Below, one piece after another: positions 47,764 to 56,858 of a DNA stretch of 64,000 bases. The stretch is taken from the NCBI GenBank assembly GCA_041497675.1, contig JBGQGY010000002.1, positions 18,392 to 82,391 of the forward strand, written 5' to 3'. The number at the start of each line of letters is the position of its first letter. Position 1 is the first letter of the stretch. The position numbers and the translations under genes are program-made. Below the pieces are notes generated by a model. That model worked only from the letters and a program-made list of their open reading frames with translations. It had not been told where the DNA came from and did not search any database. The stretch comes from a bacterium (GTDB lineage: Bacteria; Sysuimicrobiota; Sysuimicrobiia; Sysuimicrobiales; Humicultoraceae).

Positions 47764-48452
47764 GGCTCTCTCCTTTGCGGTGCCGTCCACGCGACAGGGG
47801 CAGGCCCGCCGATTCGGCGACCCGGCCAATCAGGCACCAGTCGCGCAAAGACCATCCGACCGAGTTTCGGCGCACACCCCGCGAGCGGCGTAGCAACCAG
47901 AACCCCAAGGTCGGTCAACCACGTACGACGCCGGACATACGCCAGTTCGAGCGCCACCTTCTTCGGCAGCACGATCTCGAAATAGGCGGTCTCGGGATCC
48001 GCCGCTCGGCCCAAGAGCTTTTCTTCGTGCACGAAGACCAGTTGCGCGATGCCCGTCATGCCGGGGCGGGCCGCGTAGACCTGTCGCGCTTGATCGGGCG
48101 GAATGGCCGCGACCTCGTTCGGTGTCAGGGGGCGCGGTCCGACCAGGCTCATCTCGCCGCTCACCACGTTCAGCAATTGCGGCAGTTCATCGAGCTTGGT
48201 AGCGCGCAGCACCCGGCCGATCGGCGTGATGCGCCGGTCACCCCGTATCGTGATCGTCCCGCCGGCCGCCGCGTCCTCGATCATTGTTTGAAACTTCAGG
48301 ATCTCAAACGGCCGCAGCGCCCGGCCGATCCGTGTCTGCCGGAAGAACACGCGGCGTGTCGTCAGCCAGTTGAGCGCAGCGATGACACCAAACACCGGGG
48401 CTGTCAGGATCAGGAAGGTGCACGCGACCAGCACGTCGGTCAGACGTCGCAT
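47760..48452 (-). CDS. Monotopic phosphoglycosyl transferase (PglC/WbaP C-terminal type)
   Basis: RIG, KFQTM, DRRIT, KLDELPQLLNV, MSLVGPRP, RPGMTG. Confidence 0.93.
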   Translation of the reverse strand: MRRLTDVLVACTFLILTAPVFGVIAALNWLTTRRVFFRQTRIGRALRPFEILKFQTMIEDAAAGGTITIRGDRRITPIGRVLRATKLDELPQLLNVVSGEMSLVGPRPLTPNEVAAIPPDQARQVYAARPGMTGIAQLVFVHEEKLLGRAADPETAYFEIVLPKKVALELAYVRRRTWLTDLGVLVATPLAGCAPKLGRMVFARLVPDWPGRRIGGPAPVAWTAPQRREP

Positions 48453-48462
48453 GTGAGTGTCT

Positions 48463-49089
48463 TCACGACGGCACGCGCGATTCCGCCGGTAACCGGTTCC
48501 CCAGCGTGATCACGTAGACAGACGCGCTCTCGCCCTGGTGGATCTCAGCACGATGCAGCAATGTGAACCCCGAGCGTTCATACACACCCGCTGCCGCGAC
48601 GTTGTCGACGGCGGTAGTGACGCGCACCCGCTCCACCCCACGCTGGGAAAACTCCTCAAGCACTGCGCGCACCAGCCCGTCGGCGGCGCCGGCGCCGCGG
48701 GCCTCCGGGTCCAACGCGATCGACAGCAGTTCGGCTTCTGGAAGCGCTCCCGCCGCCGCGTACCGGGACGTCTCAAAGAGACGGCGCAGCCCGCCTCCGA
48801 CGATCTTCTTGAACACGATCCGCGCAGCCAACGACCAGTTCCGCAACACGAACGTCCGGTAGAACCGCCGCCAGTGCACGACGGCGGTGCAGTACCCGAC
48901 CGGCCGACCATCCCGCTCGGCGATAAACGCAAAGCCCGAGGGCGAATCCAGCAGCGTCCGGTAGAACGTCTCAACGAACCCCGGACCCATGCCCGACAGC
49001 AGCCCCCACGGGATCTGCGCCAGGTGGAGCGCCGCAATCGCGCCGCTATCGGCCGCTGACGCTTTCCTGATTGAGACCGATACGGCCAT
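48463..49089 (-). CDS. GNAT family N-acyltransferase
   Basis: ELLSIALDPEARGAG, NVAAAGVYERSGF; start ATG 49089. Confidence 0.85.
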   Translation of the reverse strand: MAVSVSIRKASAADSGAIAALHLAQIPWGLLSGMGPGFVETFYRTLLDSPSGFAFIAERDGRPVGYCTAVVHWRRFYRTFVLRNWSLAARIVFKKIVGGGLRRLFETSRYAAAGALPEAELLSIALDPEARGAGAADGLVRAVLEEFSQRGVERVRVTTAVDNVAAAGVYERSGFTLLHRAEIHQGESASVYVITLGNRLPAESRVPS

Positions 49090-50674
49090 CCACTGCCGCC
49101 TGTGTGAGAAATGGAAGGAGCTTGCCACGGCCCGTGATGAGCGGCTCGCGGCGCATGATTCTGATGGTCTCTGCCTGACGCCATAGTGGTGGCATCATCT
49201 GACGCGGCCGCGTCGGATCGCGCAGTTCCTCGATGAACCTCGCCCGTACTCGATCCTCATCGATCCGCCCCACCGACGGGTTGATGATCAGGTACAGCCG
49301 TGTAAGATGCTGCTCGTCCTCGGCTTCCACGAGCTGGTAGTCCGTGCTTCTGCCGCCGAACTCCCGGGGCAGGACCTCCTCAAGGATGTGCACACAATCG
49401 GTGCCAAGTACCGTCGCGCCTTCCCCGGTGAGTTTCGAAAAACTCCGAATAGTGTCGAAGTGCGTGTGAAAGCCCAGTTCACCCCACAGGCATCCACAAG
49501 ATCGTTCGGTCACGTGTGCGAAGTCATCGCTCTCTGCGTTGATCAAGATCTTGGAGCTCGATATCAGGAGCGTGGTCAGGATCAACGCCTCGACCGCCTG
49601 CCCATCGGGCAGCGTGCGCCGATCGTGCAGGAGCCCGAAGCTGTCGGCCATGAAATGCACGTCGTCGATTGCCGTTGGCTGACCGCAGGCGCTCCCCACG
49701 GAGCCGAACTCTGTCAGCCCGTACCGCCCCGCGATTCGCGCACCGGCGTGGACAACCTCGGCGCGCTTCCCGGACGTCAGAGGCTCGCCGCTCACGATCA
49801 GTGTCACGCGGTCGAGGTCCGTCCCGCGTTGGCCCGCCAGTGCGGCCAGGCGCGTCGCCGCGCTGGGAGTGGTCGCTACGACACACTTTCCGTAGCGCGC
49901 GCGGACGGCCACGATCGCATCCACGACCGCCGCCGCGCCCGACAACGGGACATGCTCGAGCGGCGGCAACCGAAGTCCACGCGTCAGCCCCATCAGCCGG
50001 GCCAACGTGAACATCGTTTGGTGCAGTTGAGGTACTCTGTACGCTGAGAGATTTGTCAGGCTAAACCATCGCGCGGCCGCACGGCCGGCGTGGGCCAACG
50101 ACAGCCACCAGTTGATACCGGCATCGCGCGGCAGCCAGATGATCACCGGCCATGTACTCACACCAAGGGCCTCCATGAGCAGCAACCGGGCTGGTCCCCG
50201 CTGGACAGCAAGATAATTCAGCGATCCCGGCACCAGGGAGGCCTGACCGGTCGTTCCACCGGTGCGAACCTCAAATGACGGTACCAGCGTTGGGTTGTTG
50301 AAGTCGGCCTCTGTAGTTTCGAGCGCGAAATCGCCCCGGCGAATACGGGTCCGACACTTCAATTCCTCGAACGTGAGGTACACGCCGTCTTCTAACAGTG
50401 TCCTCAATGTCTCCTCGAGACCATGTCGCCGGACGTGTGCTTCAAGGCGGTCGGGTGTCCATCCAGCCCACTGTAGGAGTCGACGGTACGGACTCCTCGG
50501 GTAGGGCCAGATTGTCTTTCGCACGACCCCGACGAACATCTCTGCGCGGGCGGACAACCGGGCGCGCACCAGGGCCTTTGCATCATCAACCGTCGAAAAC
50601 CGGTACATCAGCGACGCCAGGCCGCCGGCAATCCGGGCGGCCGCTGGGAGGGTCGCAAGAGGCCGTAGACTCAT
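49046..50674 (-). CDS. Divergent ANL-type adenylate-forming ligase (CapK/PaaK-like), copy 2
   Basis: RTGGTTG, SGEPLT, RYGLTEFG, CGC, SFSKLTGEG, TGRGKL; colinear paralog of 34677..36287. Confidence 0.65.
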   Translation of the reverse strand: MSLRPLATLPAAARIAGGLASLMYRFSTVDDAKALVRARLSARAEMFVGVVRKTIWPYPRSPYRRLLQWAGWTPDRLEAHVRRHGLEETLRTLLEDGVYLTFEELKCRTRIRRGDFALETTEADFNNPTLVPSFEVRTGGTTGQASLVPGSLNYLAVQRGPARLLLMEALGVSTWPVIIWLPRDAGINWWLSLAHAGRAAARWFSLTNLSAYRVPQLHQTMFTLARLMGLTRGLRLPPLEHVPLSGAAAVVDAIVAVRARYGKCVVATTPSAATRLAALAGQRGTDLDRVTLIVSGEPLTSGKRAEVVHAGARIAGRYGLTEFGSVGSACGQPTAIDDVHFMADSFGLLHDRRTLPDGQAVEALILTTLLISSSKILINAESDDFAHVTERSCGCLWGELGFHTHFDTIRSFSKLTGEGATVLGTDCVHILEEVLPREFGGRSTDYQLVEAEDEQHLTRLYLIINPSVGRIDEDRVRARFIEELRDPTRPRQMMPPLWRQAETIRIMRREPLITGRGKLLPFLTQAAVDGRIGLNQESVSGR

Positions 50675-51861
50675 CTCCCTGCCGCCTCATCGCCGTGGTT
50701 ATACCCGAAACCATCCACGGCGCGTCCCCGCGCCAGCAACATGCGGTACACGTCGAGGATCTGCCCGATGATGCGGCGTTCGTCAAACGCGTCCAGCGCT
50801 TTCTTCCGGCTCGCCTGCCCGAACCGGCGCCGCATCTGCGGGTCATCGATCAGTTGCACGATCGCCCCCTCGAGCGCCCCGACATCTCTTGGCGACACCA
50901 GGAAGCCGTTGTCTCCTGCCGTCACGACCTCACGGCATCCGCGGATGTCGGTGAGGACCAGCGGCAGCCCCATGGCGGCCGCCTCAACCGCAGAACGCGG
51001 GAACCCCTCACGGTACGACGCCAGCACAAACAGGTCCATCGCAGCATAGAGATCGCGCACGTCGCGCCGCAGGCCAAGGAAGCGGATCACGCCGCGGGTT
51101 TCCAAATCCGCAATCGTCGCCTGCGGGATCGCGTCGCTCTTGTCCTCATCGCGCGGGCCGATCGCGATGAACCGCACGTCGCGGCCGGCAGCCCGAATGC
51201 GCTCAGCCGCCTCAAATACCTCGCGGAGGCCCTTCTCCCACACCAGCCGCCCTACCATCCCGACTACGACCGTCGCTTCATCGATGCCCAGCGCGGCCCG
51301 CACAGTGCCCCGGTCGACCGTTGCCGGGTCAAAGACCGTGAGATCCACGCCATTGCCAATGTACGCCGACCGGTCCGGCCGAGCAATCTTCAGCGCGCGT
51401 AGCAAATCCAGATCCTCTCGACTCTGGCAGAATTCAAAGTCCGAGCAGGCGGCGGCGATCCTCTCCATCGTCAGATATATCGCCCGCCGGACCGCACCAC
51501 CGTCAGTCCCGTACAAGCCATGCACGGTGTTCACGACGACCGGTGTCCCGGCCAGCCGTGCCGCGATCCGCCCAAGCACCCCGGTCTTCGGATTGTGCGT
51601 GTGGACGATGTCGAATCGGTGTCGTCGAAACAGCCTGAACAGGTCGAGGAATGCCCTCGCGTCGGCCGCGGGCGCCCAGGATCGCCGGAGCGCGGCAATC
51701 TCCAGATGACGGATGCCTTGGGCCTGCAGATCCGCCCCCCACGCGCCCGCCGCGCTGATCCCCGTCGGCTCAAATCCGGCCTCACGGTATGCCCGGAGCT
51801 GATTCCCGAGCAACAGGGCCAGACTGATGTCCGACGTGGTCACGTGTGCGAGCTTTGGCAT
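50671..51861 (-). CDS. GT4 glycosyltransferase (PglA/CapM-like)
   Basis: HTHNPKTG, TVHG, GNGVD, GRLVWEKG, SYREGFPRSAVEA. Confidence 0.92.
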   Translation of the reverse strand: MPKLAHVTTSDISLALLLGNQLRAYREAGFEPTGISAAGAWGADLQAQGIRHLEIAALRRSWAPAADARAFLDLFRLFRRHRFDIVHTHNPKTGVLGRIAARLAGTPVVVNTVHGLYGTDGGAVRRAIYLTMERIAAACSDFEFCQSREDLDLLRALKIARPDRSAYIGNGVDLTVFDPATVDRGTVRAALGIDEATVVVGMVGRLVWEKGLREVFEAAERIRAAGRDVRFIAIGPRDEDKSDAIPQATIADLETRGVIRFLGLRRDVRDLYAAMDLFVLASYREGFPRSAVEAAAMGLPLVLTDIRGCREVVTAGDNGFLVSPRDVGALEGAIVQLIDDPQMRRRFGQASRKKALDAFDERRIIGQILDVYRMLLARGRAVDGFGYNHGDEAAGR

Positions 51862-51865
51862 CCGC

Positions 51866-52297
51866 TCACCGGGTGATTTCAACGAGCGCAACCCCGGCAC
51901 TCACCTGTTCCCCGTCTTGTCTGACCGCCCATATCTCCGCTTCAACGGTTCTCGCCCCATCCTGAGTCGTCCTCACATCACGGATGCACCCGGCGCACCG
52001 CACGGTATCGCCGGGACGTATCAGACCCGTGTGCCGGACAGACAGGCGGCGGACCCATCCACTCGGTCCAACCCAACTGGTGATCATTCGCACCAACAGC
52101 GCAGTACGATGGTTCCCGCTTTGGACGACGTCAGATTGGTCCATGTACTCCAGGGCGTATGCGCGATCGTAGTGCAGCCGAATCCAGTTCTCCTGGTACC
52201 CGGCCCACCGCACGAAATCGGTCAGCGAAAGCGGGCCGATCTCGAGGCCTGGGATTTCGGCTCCAGCGACGGGTGTGGGTGCTTGCTGTGCTCGCAT
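51866..52297 (-). CDS. MaoC-like hot-dog dehydratase
   Basis: VRWAGYQENWIRLHYD..A, PGDTV; start 52297 (or 52315). Confidence 0.75.
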   Translation of the reverse strand: MRAQQAPTPVAGAEIPGLEIGPLSLTDFVRWAGYQENWIRLHYDRAYALEYMDQSDVVQSGNHRTALLVRMITSWVGPSGWVRRLSVRHTGLIRPGDTVRCAGCIRDVRTTQDGARTVEAEIWAVRQDGEQVSAGVALVEITR

Positions 52298-52311
52298 GAC
52301 GGGGCCGCCCA

Positions 52312-53460
52312 TCACACCCTGGCACCGTCCCGCGCTCCCGGAACCCTGGGTGCGGGTACAACACCGGCTGCCTCGAGCCGGGCGATGTCCTCGTGTGAGA
52401 ACCCCGCCTCGCGCAGGACCGTCGCGGTCTGCGCGCCGGGACCCGACACTCCTGAGGGGGGCGTGAGCCACGGCGTCGTCAACACCGGTACGTCCTGACC
52501 GTCGACGCGATGAAAGAACCTCCGCGCGCGTAGGTGCGGGTCATGAAGCAGAGCCTCTATGTCGTGCACCGGCGCCACGGGAATTCCGCGGGCCTGTGCC
52601 ATCTCGGACAGCTCCGCTTTCGTGAACCGCCGCGCCCACGACTCGAGCACGCCAAAGATTTCGGCCTGGTGCTCCATCCGAACCCGTTCGTCGTTCAGGG
52701 CAGCGTCGCGCAACCGCTCATCTCCAACCATCTCAACCAGGGTCTCCCACATACGTCGTTCGTTGGCCGAGATCACCACGTACCCATCGCGGCACGCAAG
52801 TGCGCCCGAGGCAGCGATGTGTGCGTGCCGGTTGCCCCCCCGCTTGACGACACGTCCCGAGAACGCCGCTTCGTACAGACCTTGCTGCATGAACGTGGCG
52901 AGCGCCTCATGCGCGCTCACGTAGATCAATCGACCCGATCCACTATCGCGCGCGTGCCGATATCCGAGGAGACAGGCCAGCGCCGCATACGTGGCCGTGA
53001 CCGCGTCAGCGAGCCCACCGCCGAGCAGACAGGGCGCCTGACCGGGCATGCCCGTGATGGACATCAAACCACTCTGCGCGTAGCGGACGATCTCAGCGCT
53101 CGTGCGGCCGGCGCCCGCCGTCGGCGCAAATGGTCGGACGGCCACCCAGGTGAGTCTGGGACTACCGGCCCGGCAGCGTGCATACACGTTCTCTGCGGCA
53201 TCGAAGACGGGTTCGATACCTTCCACCACTGCGTCGGCCACCCCGCACAGGCGCGCCAGCACCTCGACCCCTTCGTCGCGTCGCAGATCGATTCCGACGC
53301 TCCGCTTGCCGGCGTCCAGACATCGAGCGGGGGCTTCGGGACCTTCACGTCGGCCCGGCACGTCGATACGCACTACATCGGCGCCCAGGTCGGCCAGCAG
53401 CCGTGTCGCGTAGGCAACCGCGCCGTCGGTAATGTCCAGGACACGAAGCCGCTCCGTCAT
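52312..53460 (-). CDS. Family III CoA-transferase, BbsE-like subunit
   Basis: LRVLD, LADLGADVVRID, AGKRSV, AQSG, CRDGY; lacks the N-terminal GP motif; start ATG 53460. Confidence 0.85.
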   Translation of the reverse strand: MTERLRVLDITDGAVAYATRLLADLGADVVRIDVPGRREGPEAPARCLDAGKRSVGIDLRRDEGVEVLARLCGVADAVVEGIEPVFDAAENVYARCRAGSPRLTWVAVRPFAPTAGAGRTSAEIVRYAQSGLMSITGMPGQAPCLLGGGLADAVTATYAALACLLGYRHARDSGSGRLIYVSAHEALATFMQQGLYEAAFSGRVVKRGGNRHAHIAASGALACRDGYVVISANERRMWETLVEMVGDERLRDAALNDERVRMEHQAEIFGVLESWARRFTKAELSEMAQARGIPVAPVHDIEALLHDPHLRARRFFHRVDGQDVPVLTTPWLTPPSGVSGPGAQTATVLREAGFSHEDIARLEAAGVVPAPRVPGARDGARV

Positions 53461-54008
53461 CACACGCCCAGCGTTCGCGCCGTCGTCTGGTGCACGACCG
53501 CCACCGGCTGCCCGCTCTGATCCGAGTAGCGGCGCTCTTCCGTGATAAACACGGCAGCACCCGTCCGCCCGTCTTTCAGCGCGATGTCCGTGATCTTGAA
53601 CCTGACGGTGAGCCAGTCGCCGATGCGTAATGGCCGAATCCACTCGATGTCGGTTGCGGCATTAAGCCGCCCGCGTTCGCCCGGGACCACGATGGTAGCC
53701 GCCAACCCACCCAAAGATGGAAACTCACGTTCGCCCCGGTTGTCGATAACATCCCGGCCGGGCTCGGGCCGCAAAATGTCGAGGATCATGGCGGGTGGCG
53801 CGAGGGCTCCCACGCGGCTCGGGTTGGATTCTGGATCGACCGCGCCCCACAGCGGATTGCCGTCGCCGGCCGCGTTCACATAGCGGCGCACGTCGCTCCA
53901 CTCGATGGGTCCCGGCGCCCGCACGGGTTCACTCTCATGCCCGATCCACCGCCGCAGGGCGTTGAGAATGTCTGCTGGTGTCTGCGAGACTGGTCCCATA
54001 GCCGACAC
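53460..54008 (-). CDS. MaoC-N/FAS1-like hot-dog dehydratase subunit
   Basis: IEWSDVRRY..A.GD.NPLW, APP, RPLRIGD, KDGRTG. Confidence 0.8.
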   Translation of the reverse strand: MSAMGPVSQTPADILNALRRWIGHESEPVRAPGPIEWSDVRRYVNAAGDGNPLWGAVDPESNPSRVGALAPPAMILDILRPEPGRDVIDNRGEREFPSLGGLAATIVVPGERGRLNAATDIEWIRPLRIGDWLTVRFKITDIALKDGRTGAAVFITEERRYSDQSGQPVAVVHQTTARTLGV

Positions 54009-55213
54009 TACTGAAGCGCGCCGGAAGCCTTCAAACCGGCAATCTCCGCGTCGCTCATCCCAACCACCTGACGCAGGACCTCATCGGTGTGCTGGCCCAA
54101 CAGCGGGCCCGCGTGGTCGAGCCTGGCCGGCACGCCCTCAATGTGTATTGGGTTGGAGAGCATGGGCATCTCGCCAATCGCCGGATGAGTGATGACCTGT
54201 GTCAACGGTGCATACGTCGCAAGATCGGCCAAGGCCCCCACGTTGGTGCGGACCGCCGCGGCCGGCACCCCTGCAACCTGGAACACGCGTTCCACCATAC
54301 GGGCGTCTCGCCCGAGGGTCCAGGTCTCCAGCCGGCGATCGATGTCTTCTGCCGCGGCGCGCCGGCCTTCCAGCGTCTGATAGCGCGCGTCGTCGAGCAC
54401 GCCGTCCCCCACGATCCGCACCAGCGCCTCCCACTCCGTAGCGCTGCCGACGCTAATCACACACCATTCGTCGTCTCCCGCGCAGCGATAACATCCCTGC
54501 GGCACGCGGTGCGCCGATCGGTTGCTCTGACGCGCCGGCCCGCCGTTGCCTTGCGCCTCTGCCATTAACGCTCCCAATGGCAGTGCATTCGACTCGTACT
54601 GGCTCAGATCGATCCAGCAGCCCTCACCGGTGTGATCGCGCCGCTCTAAGGCCGCGGTGACAATGACCGCGGCGTGCAGCCCCGCCATGAAGTCCGCCCA
54701 CGAGTTCGAGACACCGATCGGCGGATCACCCGCGCGGCCGGTGGCCAGCATCAATCCCGACAGCGCTTGGATCACAGCGTTGAAGCTCACCCACTGCGCG
54801 CACGGGCCGGTATGCCCCAACCCCGCCATGCTCACGTAGATCAGCTGGGGATTGCGCGCGCGCAGGCGATCCGGCCCAAGCCCCAGTCGCTCCATGACCC
54901 CTACACTGAAGTTCTCAGTCAGGACATCACACTGCTGGGCCAAAGCGATCGCGACCTCGGCTCCCTGAGGATGCTTGAGGTTGATGGCGACCGAACGCTT
55001 GTTGCGGTTCAAACTGGCGAAGAGCGTGCTCCCTTCCTGCTCGCGCGGGCCGTCCGGTTTGAAGGGGCCCAACCGCCGCCCTCCCTCTACCGCCGTCGCG
55101 CTCTCAACCTTGATGACGTCCGCGCCGAAGTCCGCGAGGAGTCCCGTGGCAAACGGGCCGGTGACCACGTGCCCGAAGTCCAGGATGCGGATGTGCTCGA
55201 GCGGTCGGATCAT
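54008..55213 (-). CDS. Family III CoA-transferase (CaiB/BaiF, BbsF-like)
   Basis: PLEHIRILDF, TGP, NRNKRS, ENF, WADFMAG (candidate catalytic Asp), LGQHT. Confidence 0.92.
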   Translation of the reverse strand: MIRPLEHIRILDFGHVVTGPFATGLLADFGADVIKVESATAVEGGRRLGPFKPDGPREQEGSTLFASLNRNKRSVAINLKHPQGAEVAIALAQQCDVLTENFSVGVMERLGLGPDRLRARNPQLIYVSMAGLGHTGPCAQWVSFNAVIQALSGLMLATGRAGDPPIGVSNSWADFMAGLHAAVIVTAALERRDHTGEGCWIDLSQYESNALPLGALMAEAQGNGGPARQSNRSAHRVPQGCYRCAGDDEWCVISVGSATEWEALVRIVGDGVLDDARYQTLEGRRAAAEDIDRRLETWTLGRDARMVERVFQVAGVPAAAVRTNVGALADLATYAPLTQVITHPAIGEMPMLSNPIHIEGVPARLDHAGPLLGQHTDEVLRQVVGMSDAEIAGLKASGALQ

Positions 55214-55653
55214 GCGTCCCGCGACGACACGACACTCGGGATCGGTTCAAACAACGGCAGCGCGTACTGCTCGGTGATCGACCGGACCACCACACGTACC
55301 GGCAGGCCGATGTGCACCGATTCCGGCGGGCAGTTCACGACATTGCTAACCATCATCGGCCCTTCGTCGAGTTCAATCGCGGCATACACATACGGCACAG
55401 GAAACGCCGGCGAGTGCTGCACGCGCTGCACCGTGAAGGTGAAGACCTTGCCCTGGCCGCTGGCCCGCGTCCACATGAGGTTTTCAAGATATGGATCATT
55501 CGAGTGTTCACGGCACCCCGCCGGAGGCCACCGCCAGGTCCCGCAGCGACGACAGCGAAGGAGCAGAAACTCGCCGCGCCGCAACCCCTCCCAGAACGGT
55601 CTCATCTCCTCGGTTGGGTTGGGGACGGCTCCCTGCCACGCGACGGTGCTCAT
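55210..55653 (-). CDS. DUF35 zinc-ribbon/OB-fold protein
   Basis: PFWEG, CRRCG, SGQGKVFTFT, ELDEGP; ATGA-coupled to the thiolase. Confidence 0.88.
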   Translation of the reverse strand: MSTVAWQGAVPNPTEEMRPFWEGLRRGEFLLLRCRRCGTWRWPPAGCREHSNDPYLENLMWTRASGQGKVFTFTVQRVQHSPAFPVPYVYAAIELDEGPMMVSNVVNCPPESVHIGLPVRVVVRSITEQYALPLFEPIPSVVSSRDA

Positions 55654-56858
55654 GCTGCGTGGCCCCGCGGGTGTTTCGTCAGAACGATCGTGGAGTGAAT
55701 CGAGCACATCTGGCCCGAGAGGACCTCCGCGCCGTGCCCGGATACCAGCGCGACGTCCGCATCGGGCACCTGCCGCGCGCCACCCTCACCTTGCACCTGG
55801 ATGATCGCCTCGGCAAAGCCCGTCAGGTTGCCCAAATGGTGCGATGAGAGCAGCCCGCCACCGGTGTTGACCGGCACCTCGCCGCCCGGCCCGGTCCGCA
55901 TTTCCGCGGCAAACGCCCCGCCTTCACCCTTCCGGCACCACCCATAGTCTTCCAGCTGAATGATGACTTCACCGGTGAAGCAGTCGTAGAGTTGCGCGAC
56001 ATCCACATCCGCCACGCTGATGCCGGCCTGGCGGAACGCGGCGTCGCGCGACGTGCGCACCGCCAGCGTCGTGTAGTTGGTCCGCTCCCACCAGAGGTCG
56101 CTCATCTGCTCGCCGAAGCCGATCCCCGCGACGTAGACGGGTGCGTTCCGCGCATCTCGCGCGCGGTCGGTCGTCGTAACGACAAACGCCGTCCCGCCAT
56201 CGCTCTGCAGGCAGATATCGAACAACCGGTACGGCCAGACGACCACCGGGGATTGCTGATGCTCGTTGAGTGTCAGAGGCCGGCCGTGCATGTAGGCCCG
56301 CGGGTTTCGGTTTGCCCACTGCCGCGTGGCCACGGCCACAGCGCCGAGCTGCTCGCTCGTCGTCCCAAACTCGTGCATGTGCCGGCTGGCCAGCAGACCG
56401 TGATAGGATGCTGCATTCGCACCAAACAACGGGGCAACCGCGTTGGCCTTCGGCGCATACGCCTGCCCGCGCTTCCCCGACACCTGCTGGGCCGCCTGTG
56501 CGCGGCTCCAGTCGTCCCGTGCGCCCGCGCACACGACATAGTCGGCGATACCATGATCCAACAACCCGGCCGCGGCAATCAAAGCGTGTGCGGCGTATTC
56601 ACCGCCGCGTCCAACATTTTCCATGTACAGGTTGACGGGCAGGTTCAGCACCCTGGCAAACGAGTCGTGATGCCTGGGACGGATCCCGCCCCCCGTGTCG
56701 CTCAACATCTGGATCGCGGCGCCGATATCTGTCGCCTGCAGGCCGGCGTCATCGATCGCCAGACGGGCAGCCTCGACCTCGAGCATCAGCACCGATCGCC
56801 CCGGCAGGTGTCCAACGTCGGTCACGCCGAGCCCGATCACCGCGTACCGGCCTGTCAT
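55650..56858 (-). CDS. SCP2-type thiolase-fold protein (Ltp2/BbsB-like)
   Basis: ICLQSDG, QLYDCFT, LEDYG, NTGGGLLS, RQV; the usual N-terminal nucleophilic Cys is not evident (NVGRGGEY). Confidence 0.85.
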   Translation of the reverse strand: MTGRYAVIGLGVTDVGHLPGRSVLMLEVEAARLAIDDAGLQATDIGAAIQMLSDTGGGIRPRHHDSFARVLNLPVNLYMENVGRGGEYAAHALIAAAGLLDHGIADYVVCAGARDDWSRAQAAQQVSGKRGQAYAPKANAVAPLFGANAASYHGLLASRHMHEFGTTSEQLGAVAVATRQWANRNPRAYMHGRPLTLNEHQQSPVVVWPYRLFDICLQSDGGTAFVVTTTDRARDARNAPVYVAGIGFGEQMSDLWWERTNYTTLAVRTSRDAAFRQAGISVADVDVAQLYDCFTGEVIIQLEDYGWCRKGEGGAFAAEMRTGPGGEVPVNTGGGLLSSHHLGNLTGFAEAIIQVQGEGGARQVPDADVALVSGHGAEVLSGQMCSIHSTIVLTKHPRGHAA

